Assembly: GCF_009914755.1 (NCBI RefSeq)
Contig: NC_060946.1
Strand: one strand, 5' to 3'
DNA length: 64,000 bases
Source of the DNA: the human T2T-CHM13v2.0 reference genome, Homo sapiens
Under the pieces are notes generated by a model. The model saw only the letters and a program-made list of their open reading frames with translations. It was not told the DNA's origin and searched no databases. This document shows, piece by piece, positions 26,901-39,600 of this stretch (its first letter is position 1; the number at the start of each line of letters is the position of its first letter). A program made the position numbers and the translations under genes.

Positions 26901-29900
26901 GCCCGGCGGCCAGGGCAGGGCCTAGCCCTGTGAGACAGCCCATGTGGTCATTGTCAGGAGGAATTTCTGACAGGGCTCGGGACCCTCCTGACCATCGATT
27001 ATCCAAGCAGGAGGAGTGGCTTCCGGGTCCGGCTGTGGGCTCAGCTGGGAGGTCACTGAGGTCAAGCCCGAGTGCCCCTCCTCCTCCAGTCTCCCCTTCT
27101 ACTCCCTTGGGGCTCCCCAGTTGGGCAGAGGTGCCTGGAAGGTTGCTCCTGCCCAGTTTGAATCCTGGCCAGCTACCACAGGGAGTGGTCAGGGGTCCAC
27201 TAGGGACTGGAGCTCATGCATTCCTTAGCACAACTTCCCAATCAACCCCTGCGTGCCCAGGTCACAGACGGAGTCAGACCTGGCCCTCAGAGAGGAGATA
27301 AGGAGAGGTGGAGGTGCTTAGAGCTCCCCTGGCCCATCTCAGGGGTTGGGGAGGGGCTTGTGTAGAGGGAGGGCATTCGGGCAGGATAGAGGAGGCAGCC
27401 CTCCCTGGGGGTCTGGGGTCGCCTCCAGGAGAGGCACTGCTCCATTCCCCACTGCACCCTCCAGGCCCACTCCCTGCCCTGTGGCGAGGACAGCTGTAGG
27501 GGGAGGGGAGGGGCAGCGCCGTGTCAGGACCCCCACCCCCTCCTCCAAAGCAGGAAAATCCCTCTCCGTTAGTATCACATTGTTGAGAATTAACTTTGTT
27601 GAAATAAAAATTGGTCGTGGTATTAACTCGGCCTCAAGGATTTTCTCTGGGATCCTGGAGGCCGCAGAGGGGTCAGACGCCCATTCCCAGGGCCAGCCGC
27701 TGGCTCGGGTTTCGGGGACTCCAGCGACCTCAGATCCTTGGGACACGGTGCCTGGTTCCTCCGGGTTGAGGGAGCCACCCCAGTCCTGCCTTCTACAGCC
27801 CCGGACACGAAGGAGGACGGCCCAGACAGTGTGGGTCTTAGGCATCCATCTGTGCCCCTCCCCCATGTCTCCGTGTCACTTGCAGCCATGGCTGTTGAGC
27901 CACAAGATGCCCCTCCCGCTCCTCAGGGGTCAGCCACGGCCTTAGTTTCCCCACATGTAAAATGGGAGCTTCACCCCAGCACAGGGTGTGGGGGGCCCTG
28001 GGCACAGACAGGCAGCCGGATGCTCAGACACCCCAGAAACCTGGGGCGGGCACGGGTAGGGACAGACCCACCCAGGTCTCTCCAGAGGGCACCAGGTGGC
28101 CACACAGGCACTCCTGGCCTCAGCACAGCCTCGCTGGCCACAGAAAGAAGTTGGCACCCCCGACTGTCTGCCAGCAGGGCGTGGGCACTTGCTCCCAAGG
28201 AAGCAAGCAGAGAGCCCACGCGTGCTGCCAAGAAGGGACGGCAGCCCTCAAACGACACGATTCCACACAGACAGATCCGCGCAAAACTGCTCTGAGAATT
28301 GCTGGGGTCCCGCCCCCCCGCCATGGTCCCTGCTGGACAGGGGGCGTGAGCACTGCCGAGTTCCCACGCCCCCACTCTGGAGTGTGTATTCCTACAGAGG
28401 GAGTGCCCACGGACAGAAGCACAAGGGATGGAGGTGGGGCCTCCTCAGGGCCTGCGGGTGGCTGGTCCTGCGTCCCGGTAGCCAGGGGACAGGCGAGACC
28501 TCCCAGCCGGTGGTCCCCTGGAAGCCTCCTCTGCTCACATCCCAGGCAGTGTGTTTTCGGGGGTGGGGTGCAGCCTGGGAACGGGCTGGTTCGGGGGCCT
28601 GGGAACGAAGGCAGGGGCCCCTGGCGGGGGATGCACCAGTGGGCCCAGCTGTTGCTGCCTGGCTCCAATTCCCACTCTGCACCAAGGCCTGTCCCTGGGG
28701 CCAAGGCTGGTGGTCTGCCTGGGAGGGAGTGAGGGGGTGTGGGGGCCATATCTTCCTCCAGTCAGTGGTCCCTGGGCAGTAGAGGTAGGAGAGAACCGCC
28801 TTCGAGCTGAGTGGCAGAGCCCACAAGCAGGGGGTGCTCTCCTGTCTCCCCAAGCCCAACTGCAGCAGGTCCCAAAGCCTGCTCCGAGCATGGAATCACC
28901 CTGAGGCCCCATCCCCTCACCCAGCACCCAAGCCCACCTCCTCCCTGGGCCTGTGTTGGCGGACCAGGGCCTCCATTATACACCATGAGCCTGGCGCCAG
29001 CCCAAGCCCTCCAGGCCTCTGCTGTGGCTGCTCCTCCTGTCGAGGGAGCCTTTGCACCAGGGCCATCCTAAAACTCCTACTTAACCTTCAAGACCCCATG
29101 CAAGTGTTCCTGCCCCAGGACCCCACCCCGAATACTGGGCCCTGCACCCAGCTGGTGTCATTCTCTTTACAAGACTCCTGATGCCCCTCATCTGGCACAA
29201 GGCTGGACACCAGAGTGGGGGGTGCACATTTCCACCTCCAGGAGCAAAAAAGGCTGACTCCTCAAGGAGGCCTCCTTCCCAATGCCTCAGTTTCCCCATC
29301 TGAACTGTCCTTGGCTGACAGTATCCATGGTCCTATGGGAGCAAGTGTGAACTCTGGGCAGGAACCAAGGCCAGTGTTCTAAGCAGGGTGGAGGGACCCT
29401 GAAGAGGACAGGCCAACTGGGGGCTCCTCCAAAGCAGGAGAGTGGGTGCCCAGCCAGCCACCCCACAAACATTTGGCTGGCTTCAGCTGAGGCCAAGGGA
29501 AGGCAGAGCTGCTGGCAGGGTGGGGGCCAGAGCGGGATTCTTCTTACTCCTAAAATCCCTCCCGCCTGCCCAGCGGGCCCCGAGGGAAGCCCCATGATGC
29601 GGGAACCTGATATTTTAAGACTTAAAGCAAATGTTTCTGGAGCCCGAGCTGGGCCTCGGCGCCCGCCCGGGCCTTGTGGGGGCAGGGCCAGCGAGGAGGA
29701 GAGGACCCCTCCCCTGAACCAATCCTGCCCCTCCCTGGACTGCAGTTTCTGGTGACAGGCAGGGGCAAGGCTGGAACCCCTTGGGCACCTTAAGGTTCCC
29801 CGAAACCTGAGGGTGGGGGCCCCGTTGTCGGCTCTCCGCTCTGCTGGTCCCTCTCTCGGCTGCCAGCATCAGATGAGGCTCACTGAGAGCCCTGAACCCC

Positions 29901-30119
29901 TCTAGGGCTGGCTTTGCCTGACCCAGAGCCCAGGGATACTCCCTTTCTTACCACTAGCAGGGTGGGCGTGTACAGGTGCTGCTTTTGAGCCACTGGCAGG
30001 AGCCACTTGGAGCTCAGAGCTGACACCTGAAGCTTCCTATCTGAGAGGACAGGAGATCTGGGACTGACTGGCGATGTCTGCCTGGGGTGTTGCAGGATTC
30101 CTGCGCTTGGAACCGCAGC

Positions 30120-30402
30120 AGATGGGATCTTGCTCTGTCGCCCAGGCTGGAGAGCAGTGGCACAATCACAGCTCACTGCAGTCTTGAACCACTGGGCTCA
30201 ATGGATCCTCCCACCTCAGCCTCCTGAGTAACTGGGACCACAGACACACACCACCGTGCCTGGCTAATTTATTTTTTTATATTTTGTAGGTGGGATCTTG
30301 CGATGTTACCCAGGTTGGTCTCGAACTCCTGACCTCAGGTGATCCTCCCTCCTCAGCCTCCCAAAGTGCTGGGATTATAGGCGTGAGCCATGGCACCTGG
30401 CC
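30120..30402 (-). mobile_element. Alu SINE (AluJ-like), tail eroded
   Basis: TCTTGCTCTGTCGCCCAGGCTGG...CCTCCCAAAGTGCTGGGATTATAGGCGTGAGCC. Confidence 0.92.
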
Positions 30403-33400
30403 ATGATAGGGTTTTTTTCTCTATATATAGAAGGGACTCCCCATCGCTTGGACCATAGGGCAGTCTGACACTCGGCTGAGGCTGAGTGAAGCTGGCCTGG
30501 GCTCAGGGGCATGAGTTCCAGGCTCCAGGCCCCACACTGGTGCCACCTCCTTCTGGGAGCCTCCTTGGGGGCCTTTGAGAGCAGGAGCATCACAAGTGGA
30601 GGGGTGACTGGGTCAGGGACAGCAGAGCAGGGAGGCAGGGGCCGTGTTGGGCAGTGAGGAATTAAGGCCTAATAATGAAGGCTGTATCTCCAAAAAATGT
30701 TTCGGAGGCAGGGCCATCCGGGCCCAGCTGGGAATGTGGGGGTGTAGGGGAGAGACGTTCTCCAGGTTCTCCCAGAACAGGCCATCCTAAGGACCCAGCC
30801 AGCCCAGTATCCAGCCCAGCCCTCCAAGCACTTGGCACCAAGGCCCTTCCTTGTCTGCTCTCAGCTGGTGGGGCTGGGCCAAGCTCCTACCCACTAGCTG
30901 ACAAGCCTCCTCTGGACCATGTCCACATTTTACAGATGGGGAAACCAAGGGCCAGGGTGGGAACAGTGCTTCCAGAGAGCCTACAGCTGGCCTGGCTGTG
31001 TGGACCCTTCCTCACCACCCCTGAGGTCCTCCTGCCTCAGTCTGGAGGAGGGACGGAGCTCTGGCCAGCTGTTTGGGTTCGTGCAGACCTGAGCGTGAGT
31101 CCACCTCGGCCATGTCCCGCCTCCAGGCACTGTCTGCTCACCTGAAGCTCTGGCTGTCTCATGGGGCCTTGGAGGGTGTCACCACCTGACTTTGGTCTGC
31201 TCCTCGCTGGTCCTACTGCCCTGGTGGACTCCTGTGCACCCTTGAAACCCACTGGAATCCTGCCTAAATCGTGAGCCCAGGAATGCCCCCCACTTCCTAG
31301 CTCCAGCGCAAGCACTCAGCAACCCTCCCCTGACGGGGAATTCCTTGTCCATTGCCCCCAGGAAACCCACCAGCCCCCGCCTCGGGCAGTCCCAGGCTTG
31401 GCCCCGCCACTTACCTCACTGGACAGTCTTGGACTCACGCTGTGAGGACAGACACATGACGTCACGCCGCCTTAGTTTCCCCAGCTCTGAAATGGAGATG
31501 GTAAATGTTGGGTGGGTGTTAAGGCCGGGTGTCCTGAGCTGCCCAGAGGAAGGGCAGCTGGCAGGAGAGCTAGGGGTGGTGCCCACCCTGGGCCTCTGCA
31601 GCACCACTTCCCACTTTAGGGGCCCAGATGCCATCCGCAGATCCTTGGTCCAGCCTCTCACTAGGCCTGGAAGCCAGGCTGCCGCTGTGGGTAGACTCCT
31701 GCCAGGCTGTGGGGGCTGGGGAAATGTGCCCAGCGGTGGCTGAAGCCAGGTTGCCTGGGGAACCAGTGCTCCCCAGGGGGCCTACTGCTGCCTCCAAGGC
31801 CCCATAACACCCCTGTCCACAGCTCCACCCAAGCTCCCATTGCTTTCCCTCAGCATTTTCTTTCATCCTTTGGGCCTCAGTTTCCCCACATGTGTCTCGG
31901 GAAATGACAGATGGCAGATTTGGGGGCGAGGAGAGGAGAGGGTATCCAGGCACTTTGTTAGGATTGAGGTGGAAAGAAGAGGTGGTCAGTGGAACATGGG
32001 GCGCCAGGGTGGGGAGGAAGGCCGCAAGATCCCCATCTGTCCCCTCCAGAGGCAGAGTGAGGTTAGGGCCTCACCAGACCAAGTGGAGGAGCCAGGATTT
32101 GAATGGGGGGCAGGATGCCGCCATGTGGGTGGAGGCTCCCTGTGCCTGGGGCCTGAGTGCTGGCCACCACCTGCTGTCTGGCGTCCTCTCCAATCCACAC
32201 TGGCCCTCAACCCCTGTCCCAGGCTCTGGTTCCCCACCTGTCAGGTGAGGTCCTTTTGAGCCCACGGCACTGGGGCGGTCTGGGTGGAGTCCCTGCCCCC
32301 TCCCAGCCTCAGGCAGCATCCCAGGCACACACAGCTTGCTTCCCAGGCCTCTTTGAGGAAGGTCAACGGCCGAGAACTAAGGCTAGGGATCACCGGAAAC
32401 CTGTCCCATCCTCGCCCCCAGACCCTCTGACCGCAGAATCTCCTGTGGGGCTGTACCCTGGGTCCCCTCCCAGGCCTGTGACCCGGCCAGAGGCTGGAGG
32501 CAGACAGGCTCAAAACCAGGCCCCCTCCTCAAAGCCTGTGGAAGCCCATGAGATGTCCCCCAGCACCCCAGGGTGGAGCTCACCCACCTGTCCACAAGCA
32601 AAGGCAGGCGAGGGCAGGAGGTGGCAGTGAGGCCAGGCCCAGGGATGACCTGGCACTAGGCCCAGCCCCTACCCACAGCCCCCCTCTGCCCATCCCCAGC
32701 CCCCTGGCCCAGCTTGGGCACCCAGGCTCCAAACCAGAAAAACTAGACGGAGAGCAAACAAGCCCACGGTGCAGACTCCCATGTCTAGTGGACCAGTGTG
32801 GGCAGGGCCTTGGAGCTGGGGTTCTGCCCCGGCAGAGCCCTGAGAGCCAGGGCAGGAGTGATAGGCCCATCCAACCCTGAGTTCAAGGCCTGTCCTACCA
32901 GGCACCCCACGTTGGCCCTGTGCATCCCTCAGTGGAGGGGGATTTCCACCCACCAGCCTGCAAAGTGAGCACTGCCATGCCAGCTGCCCCAGATGCCACA
33001 GGCTGCTTCTGGGGAGTGGGCTTCTCATCACTAGGGGTGTGCAAATGGTGCCAGCAGCCACGGCAGGCTGGCCGGGTAGGACTGATTCCCCAAGGTTCTG
33101 TTCAGAGTCCCTGGACCCAAGACTCCAGAGCCTAAGGCTCTGGAATTCTGTCCCCTGAGATGGTGACATGTTTCACAGTGGGCACAGTGGTGCGCACGTC
33201 ATAGGGGCCGGACAAACACCTGCTTATTCAATCAGCACACACCTCAGTGGGGTCCAGGGGTGGCTGGGTGCCTCAGGCTCATTGCCCTTCACCTTCCCCT
33301 CCACCAGCCCTCCCCATTCCCTCTCTAAGGGTCAGGCCGACCACTGCAGCCTGCAGTGCCTCACACAGGTCTCTCCTCCCCAGGAGTCGCTGTTCTTGCC

Positions 33401-33887
33401 CCAGGACCCTTGCACAGGGTCACCACTGGAAACCGGGGAGGGTCCATCTCTCCCGGGTCTGCTTGGTATTTTCCAGTGTATTCGCAGATTCTTAGCATGA
33501 CACTTCCACTCGGCAGAAAGGACAGGGAGAGAAGGCTGTGCTTTAGGGCGACGGCAGCAGGGCCAGCTGGTGAGAACCATGCACAAGGGTGGCTGGCAGA
33601 GGGATGTGACATGGGCTCCCAAACAGGCCAGGGGACCTGAGGCCCAGGATGCCACCTGAGAGGCTGGGGAGGGCAGCTGAAGGAGGGAGGGGGCAGGGAC
33701 TCCCCCCGGGGCCAGCCCACCTGCTGTTCTCGCAGCCCTGGGCCCAGTGATGTGGGGCTCAAGGGGGCCTCACCTGGAGGTCAGTTGGGGAGCTAGAGGC
33801 CGGGACAGGAGCTGAGGGCCAGAGGGGACTCCGGAGAACACTGGATCAAGTGCCATCAGCTGGGCTAGTTGAAGAGTTTTGTGAGGG

Positions 33888-33918
33888 TTTTTGTTTGTTT
33901 GTTTGTTTGTTTGTTTTT
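33888..33918. repeat. (TTTG)n microsatellite
   Basis: TTTTTGTTTGTTTGTTTGTTTGTTTGTTTTT. Confidence 0.9.
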
Positions 33919-36639
33919 GCGGGAGGGGTGGAACAAGGACCAGCATGCAGGGCAAGATGAGGCCTGAGGGTGGAGGGGACAGAAGAGCCCTGCCGGGACA
34001 AGGGACACAGGGACATCGGTTAGGTTTGGACCCATGCACAAGGGCTCAGCCACGCTGCCAGTGCCAGACTGGCCCCCCTTCCTGGGGCGTGGCAGCACAT
34101 TCAGTTATGGGCACAGGCAACGGCAGGGGCCAGGGCTGCCTCGAGCAGGGGAGGCTGGGCACCCAGCTGTCCTGTGAGGACACACCACCCCACCCTCAGA
34201 CCGTGCCACTGGACACTCACATGACCCAAGTCTGGCCGCTTGCTCACTGGCACCCCTGCCAATCATGCTGACCTTCTTCCCACTAGCACCTGCTGGGAGC
34301 TGACAGAGGTCTCTATTCCCAGCCAGGCGCCTGCTCAGGTTATATTTAGGCCACAGGGGTGGGAGCTGGGCCTCTGACCCCCACCATGCCCAAGCAGGGG
34401 CAGCTGGGCTGACGCCGTGGGTTGCTCACTGCCTGCAGGGCCCCTCCCTCCAGGCCTTGTCCTCTCATCCATCGGCCATGTGCAGGCTGGGAGGCGCGGG
34501 CCGGCCATGCTTCATATGGGAAACAAGCTAGTCTGGCTTTGAGCTCCTGGCCTCGGGACGATGGGGGCTGATGGCACCAGAAACTCTAGGGAGGCCAGCA
34601 CAAGGGGACAGGCCCGGGAGCTCAGGTTGGGTGGGGGGCTGGCGGGAGGCCCAGCCCAGCCTTTCAGCTCCGGAGGCTCAGACGTGCCATGAGGTCATTC
34701 CCTCCTGGGAGCTCCCAGAGCCCTGCCCGAGGGGATGCTGAGCCCCAGGCCCTTCCTGCCCAGCCGGGGCTGGATCCCTCTTTTCCCTCCTGCTGCCCAG
34801 GCAGGATGTTTCCAGGGAGGAAATGGCTCCTGGGAGGCCACCCCACCCCCGCTGGAGTCTAGGGCCACTTCCTGCCCCGCATGGGCCTTGGTTCTGCCCC
34901 CAGTCTGCCAGCCTGGGCCAGATCCCAGATTTCCTGTCCCTACAGCATGGAGAGGCAGAGGTGTCTCGGCCTCAACCAGCCTGGGAGGCACAGTCGCAAC
35001 CTCCTGGACCCCAGGACCTGAGAACCTCCCCCTGGAGCCCCACTTCCCTTGCCCCACAACCCTGGTCAGAGGGAGGCACGACCTGCCCTGCCCCCATGCC
35101 CAGCCTTCCCCAGCGCCACAGAGCCTCCTTCATATAGGTTCCGCTTGGGTACCAGCTGCTGCTCCACCGCCCATCTCCATGGGGCCCGCGGGCCTGGGCC
35201 ATCCCCAGCCCACCCCAGGAAGCTGAATGGCTGCATCGAAGCTCCCTTTTGGCTACAATCCTGCAGGGCTGGCCTTGGACCAGCGGGTTAGCCTGGATCT
35301 GATGGGCCCTCCTAGCAGAGGTCATCACCCGGCTCCGTGGGCAGCCCCATCCCCAGGGGAGGTCAATCAGCTCAGTCCTCACCCACCCTATTCAATGGGG
35401 CTTCCTGCCGACCCCAGATCTGGGTGAGTGTCCTGGTCACCGCCCCCTCGACCACCACCCCATGCAGCAGGAAACACGTAGCTGGGGGGTTGTGGGGCTT
35501 CAGGACTGGGATTGGAGAGGCTGACAGCAGGGCTCAGGGCTCTCGGCGGAAGTGGGGCCTCAGCCCACTCAGAGGTCCAGGAAGTGGGGGTCTCGGAAGC
35601 TTCCTCTCGGCCAGACGAGCCGGAGGGTCAGAGGCCTGGCCGCAGCTGCCCCTTCCTCTTCGGCCAGCCAGCTGCTGGGTGGCCCGTGCTGCAGCAGGCC
35701 TCAGGTTGGGGAGCTGGTTGTCCTTCAGCCCCCGCAGGTGGCCAGCATCAGGACCGGAAGGCTCTGAATCAGCCTGGTCTGGAGGTATGGGCAGCTGTGG
35801 GGGCCGGTGGACAGGTGTAGCAGAGCTCAGGGCGCACAGCAGGGGCCATCTCAGCCTGGGCCTGTGTTCCCTTCAGTCAGACCTCTCTCCAGCCTCGGCT
35901 TGCCCATCTCTCCAGTGAGGTGACAATCCCGGGCCTGACCAGACAGGCTGACCAGGACAGAGAACCCTGGGGCCTTCTAAGGCCACTGCCATGTGGGCCG
36001 GGTCCTGTCAGACACCCCCAGCCCTCAGCCCCTGACCCATTTCTGTTCATGCCCTGGCCCTCCTGCATGCCCACCCAACCCCACTGGAGCTCAGAGACCC
36101 TGCCCCTCCAAGGCCTTTTCTCCACAGCCAGGACCAGGCCCCCAGATCTGGTGCCCCATCAGTCCTGCCGGTACACCTCTCCACAGAAGAAGCCCAGACC
36201 CAACCCAGCCTGCGTGAGCCCTGCTGGGGGGCCTGGGCCATGGAGGTCCCCAGCCCCATGCTTCAGGGGACCGCAGCCCAGTCAACCCAGGCTGCAGAGG
36301 TGTGAGGAGGGGGCTCTTGCCCTTGGCAACTGGCAGGAGCTGAGGAGGTGCCCGGGAGACCCCATCCTCACAGATGCTGTCATCCTGGCACATCCCTACC
36401 TGCAGTGGGGACCTGGACAACTCATGGAACCAGTGGGAGCTGGAGGCTCCAGGCATTGATGTGCTGGGCCTCAGTCCCTATGGGTCCCCACTGTGGGAGT
36501 GTCTCAGAGTGGGATGAGGAGTCTGTGTCCGTGCCTGGGCCGAGGCCTGGACAGGCCCCACCCCCGGCCCACACATGATGGGCGGTCGTCCATCAGCACA
36601 GCCAGCCCCTCTGGCCATCCATCACCAGCCAGCGGCCAC

Positions 36640-36670
36640 AGGAGGAATGGCCTGTTTGTTTTGCCAGCTC
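36640..36670. promoter_or_regulatory. TBX1: Candidate forkhead-binding element of the TBX1 upstream (Shh-responsive) enhancer
   Basis: GGCCTGTTTGTTTTGCCAG, FOX core at 36653-36662, ~13 kb 5' of ATG 49697; distance and motif resemble the recalled mouse Tbx1 Foxa2/Foxc1/c2 site; orthology not verified. Confidence 0.55.
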
Positions 36671-39600
36671 CGTGTCACTCCCTGGGGCGGGGGCTGGAGG
36701 AAATGGCCATTTTCTGCCTGGGCGGGCGGGTGGACAGCAGGGGTGGGCAGGGCACCGGGGACAGGGATGTGGCAGGACCCTGGCTCATCCCGGCCCTGCA
36801 TAGATGCCCACAGCCTTGCCCTGTTCTGTGCCTCAGTCTCCCCTCTGGCATCAGGGTGAGTGACACTGGGATTTTCTGACTGTTCCCATGGCAGCTCTCT
36901 CCAGCTGGGTCACTCACCCCTGCCCCTTGCCACTGGGTAGGGTGGGCTCAGGTGTCAGCTGCCACCAGGTGGGGGGTCCCCCTATCTGAAATCCAAGATG
37001 CTTGATGCTGGCTGTTCTTATAAACCATGGGGGGAGGCTCTGGAGCTAGGTCCAGGCCATAGGCCAACTGTTGATTGGGGTTGGGGTGGGGGCTGTCAGG
37101 AGGTCTGAAAGGGCCTGGGCACCGATTTGGAGACTTCCAGCCTTAAGATCAGAGCAGGGGACAGTTGGGGCCACATTAAAAAAGGTAGCACGTGTAGAAT
37201 GAAGGGGGAGACATCCTGTACCAAGAGGCTGGTGTCCAGACCCCGGGACTGTGTCCTCAGCACCTGCACAATGACCCTCACTGCATCCTCATGGTAGAAT
37301 TTGCAGATATGATGTAGAGGTGTGCGTATATGTGTGTAAAGGGATACATGGCAGGTATAATTTGCTGACACCATGCTAGGGACTCTACAATCATTTTATC
37401 ACTTCTCACAACACCTACAAGGCTCCGGGGAGTCAAACTGGGATATTTCTTTTACCACTGCAGCCTCAGACCTCTGCCCTGGTCCCTGATCCAGAACACA
37501 GTCACCCCACACTCCCCTGGTCCTGGGCTAGCAAGGAGGGCTGTGGAGGAGGCAAGCAAGCTCCAAAGTGCAGCACTGAGGCTGGGGCGGAGACACTGAG
37601 AGTCCGAAGGCACCTCCATCCCTAGGAAGCAAAGCCAGACACCCAATTCTGGAGTCAGAAAAAAGCCCTTCAATTTCCATCCCTGCAGCCCAGTGTCCCA
37701 CCACCCTCAGGGGAGAAGGGTCGCTTTGCTCTCCCTGGGGCACTGTGTTTGCTTACCTCCCAGGCAGCTCTGATGTTGCATAGCTCTTTTTCATTTAGGA
37801 GCAGTGACTTCCTTCCCGAAATTTCTTCCCTTAGACCTGGGCTGCTTCCTCTGACCCTGCACAGCCCTGCAGATGTTTGCAGGGTATCGCCCTATTTTAT
37901 CTCCCTAGACTGAAACATACTCTGTCCTGAGTTAAGACTCTGGCTGGTTGTAGCAGACTTTAAGGAAAGAACTTAATTGCAAAAATTCACTCTAAGTGTG
38001 GGCGTGACTAAGACTCATTGTGTCTTGAATGTGCAGAGATGGATAGGAGGAGCTCGGGGGTTAGTGACATTGAGGCCACATGAGGGAACTCTCGTGAACA
38101 CTCAGTTGAAGGGTTCTGGAGTTGGGAGGCTAGTGAACCAGTCCCACCAGTGCAGGGCTGACGGCCCTGTGTCCAGAGACCCCCAAGCCCAGCCTGTTCC
38201 TTGAGCCAGGGCTGCCGTGCCTCTGCCCAGCCTCCAGCTCACGAGGGCTGGCTTAGCGGGATTCATGTGCCACCCCCTCGGTGACATCTGAGACCATGCA
38301 CGTCTTGGTTGTGCCTTGTTGCTCTCTGCTGCTCTACACAGGGAGACAGGCCGGCTGGTCGCCTCGGGGGTTATCTTCCCTGGCCCCCGAAGCCCTGGTG
38401 ACCCTGAGCCTGACCCAGGGGGAACAATGACACAACAGCAAATGCCCTGGGGCGAGTGCCACCCTGACAGCCCCAAGGAACAGAGAGAATCAGCAGGGTG
38501 CAGGGCTCAGCAGGTGCAAGGGGAGAAGGCTGGCTTATGTGGTGGTGGGGACAGGGCACAGGGCCGGGAGGGAGGGGACAGGTGGCCAGGGGCTCTGTCT
38601 ACATGGGAGCCACATGGGGGTGTGGGTGGGCACTGCAGAGAGGGGCCCTGGTCATGGGGTCCACAGGAGAGCCAAGCCAGCCTAGAGGATCCAGGGATGG
38701 CCCAGGTGCTCCTGCCCCACCTGTTCCAGGCCAGCTGTGTCAGGGGTACTGCCTCCGTTTCTCCAGGCTGGGACCTCCACTGCAGTGGGTACATTGGACA
38801 CTCAGACCAGCCCCAGGGCCTGGCAGTTCCTGGTGAAGACTGAGACAGCCCGACACCCGTCCACACCCCCGCCCAGGATGGGGTGGCTGCTGGGTCACTC
38901 GGTCCTGGCAAACACGCTGGAGGGAGGGGCTGGATTGACTTTAGGGCACTGGTAAAAGCTCACATCCATCTGTCCACCCAGAACAGCTGGTGCCAAGCAC
39001 CCACTTAGCAGGACAGGGCAGCCCGCGCCTCCACACTGCCCATGCCCCCTCCCGTCTCCCAGGACGTCCACACAGGAGCCACATGTGTCCTGGACCCACG
39101 CCACCCCCCGCTCTGTCCCTCTGTTCCCTGAGCTGGGCTGGCAGGGGAAGCTGAGGTGTACAGGGATGGCCAAGGCCTCCTCCCTCCCCCCTGCACCCCC
39201 TAGCCCCATTGGCATTACCTCAGAGCAGACAACAGCTTAGTGGGGACCCAAGTGAGGGGGTGTCAGTGGCCCAGGCCCTGCCCTGCCCAGTCACTCAGGC
39301 AGCTAAGAGAGCAGGAAGGGCCCAGACGACACCCCCACAGACATATGCCAGCCCCTCCGGGTGACCAAAATCATCTCAGTAAAGGCAGATGAGGCCAAGC
39401 GAAAAGGGGTGGGTGGAAGAACCGGCTCTGAGTCTCAGCCCACAGACACTCGGACACTCGTCGGCCCGGTAGGCAGGGGTTCCTGGTGGCCTCAGGCTGT
39501 CAGGCCCGGCCCCCTCCCGCAGCTGTCTCCAGCTCCCACCTCCCCCGCCCACCCCCCAGGACTCCTATTTCACTGAGGAGATTAAGACCACCTGGCGAGA

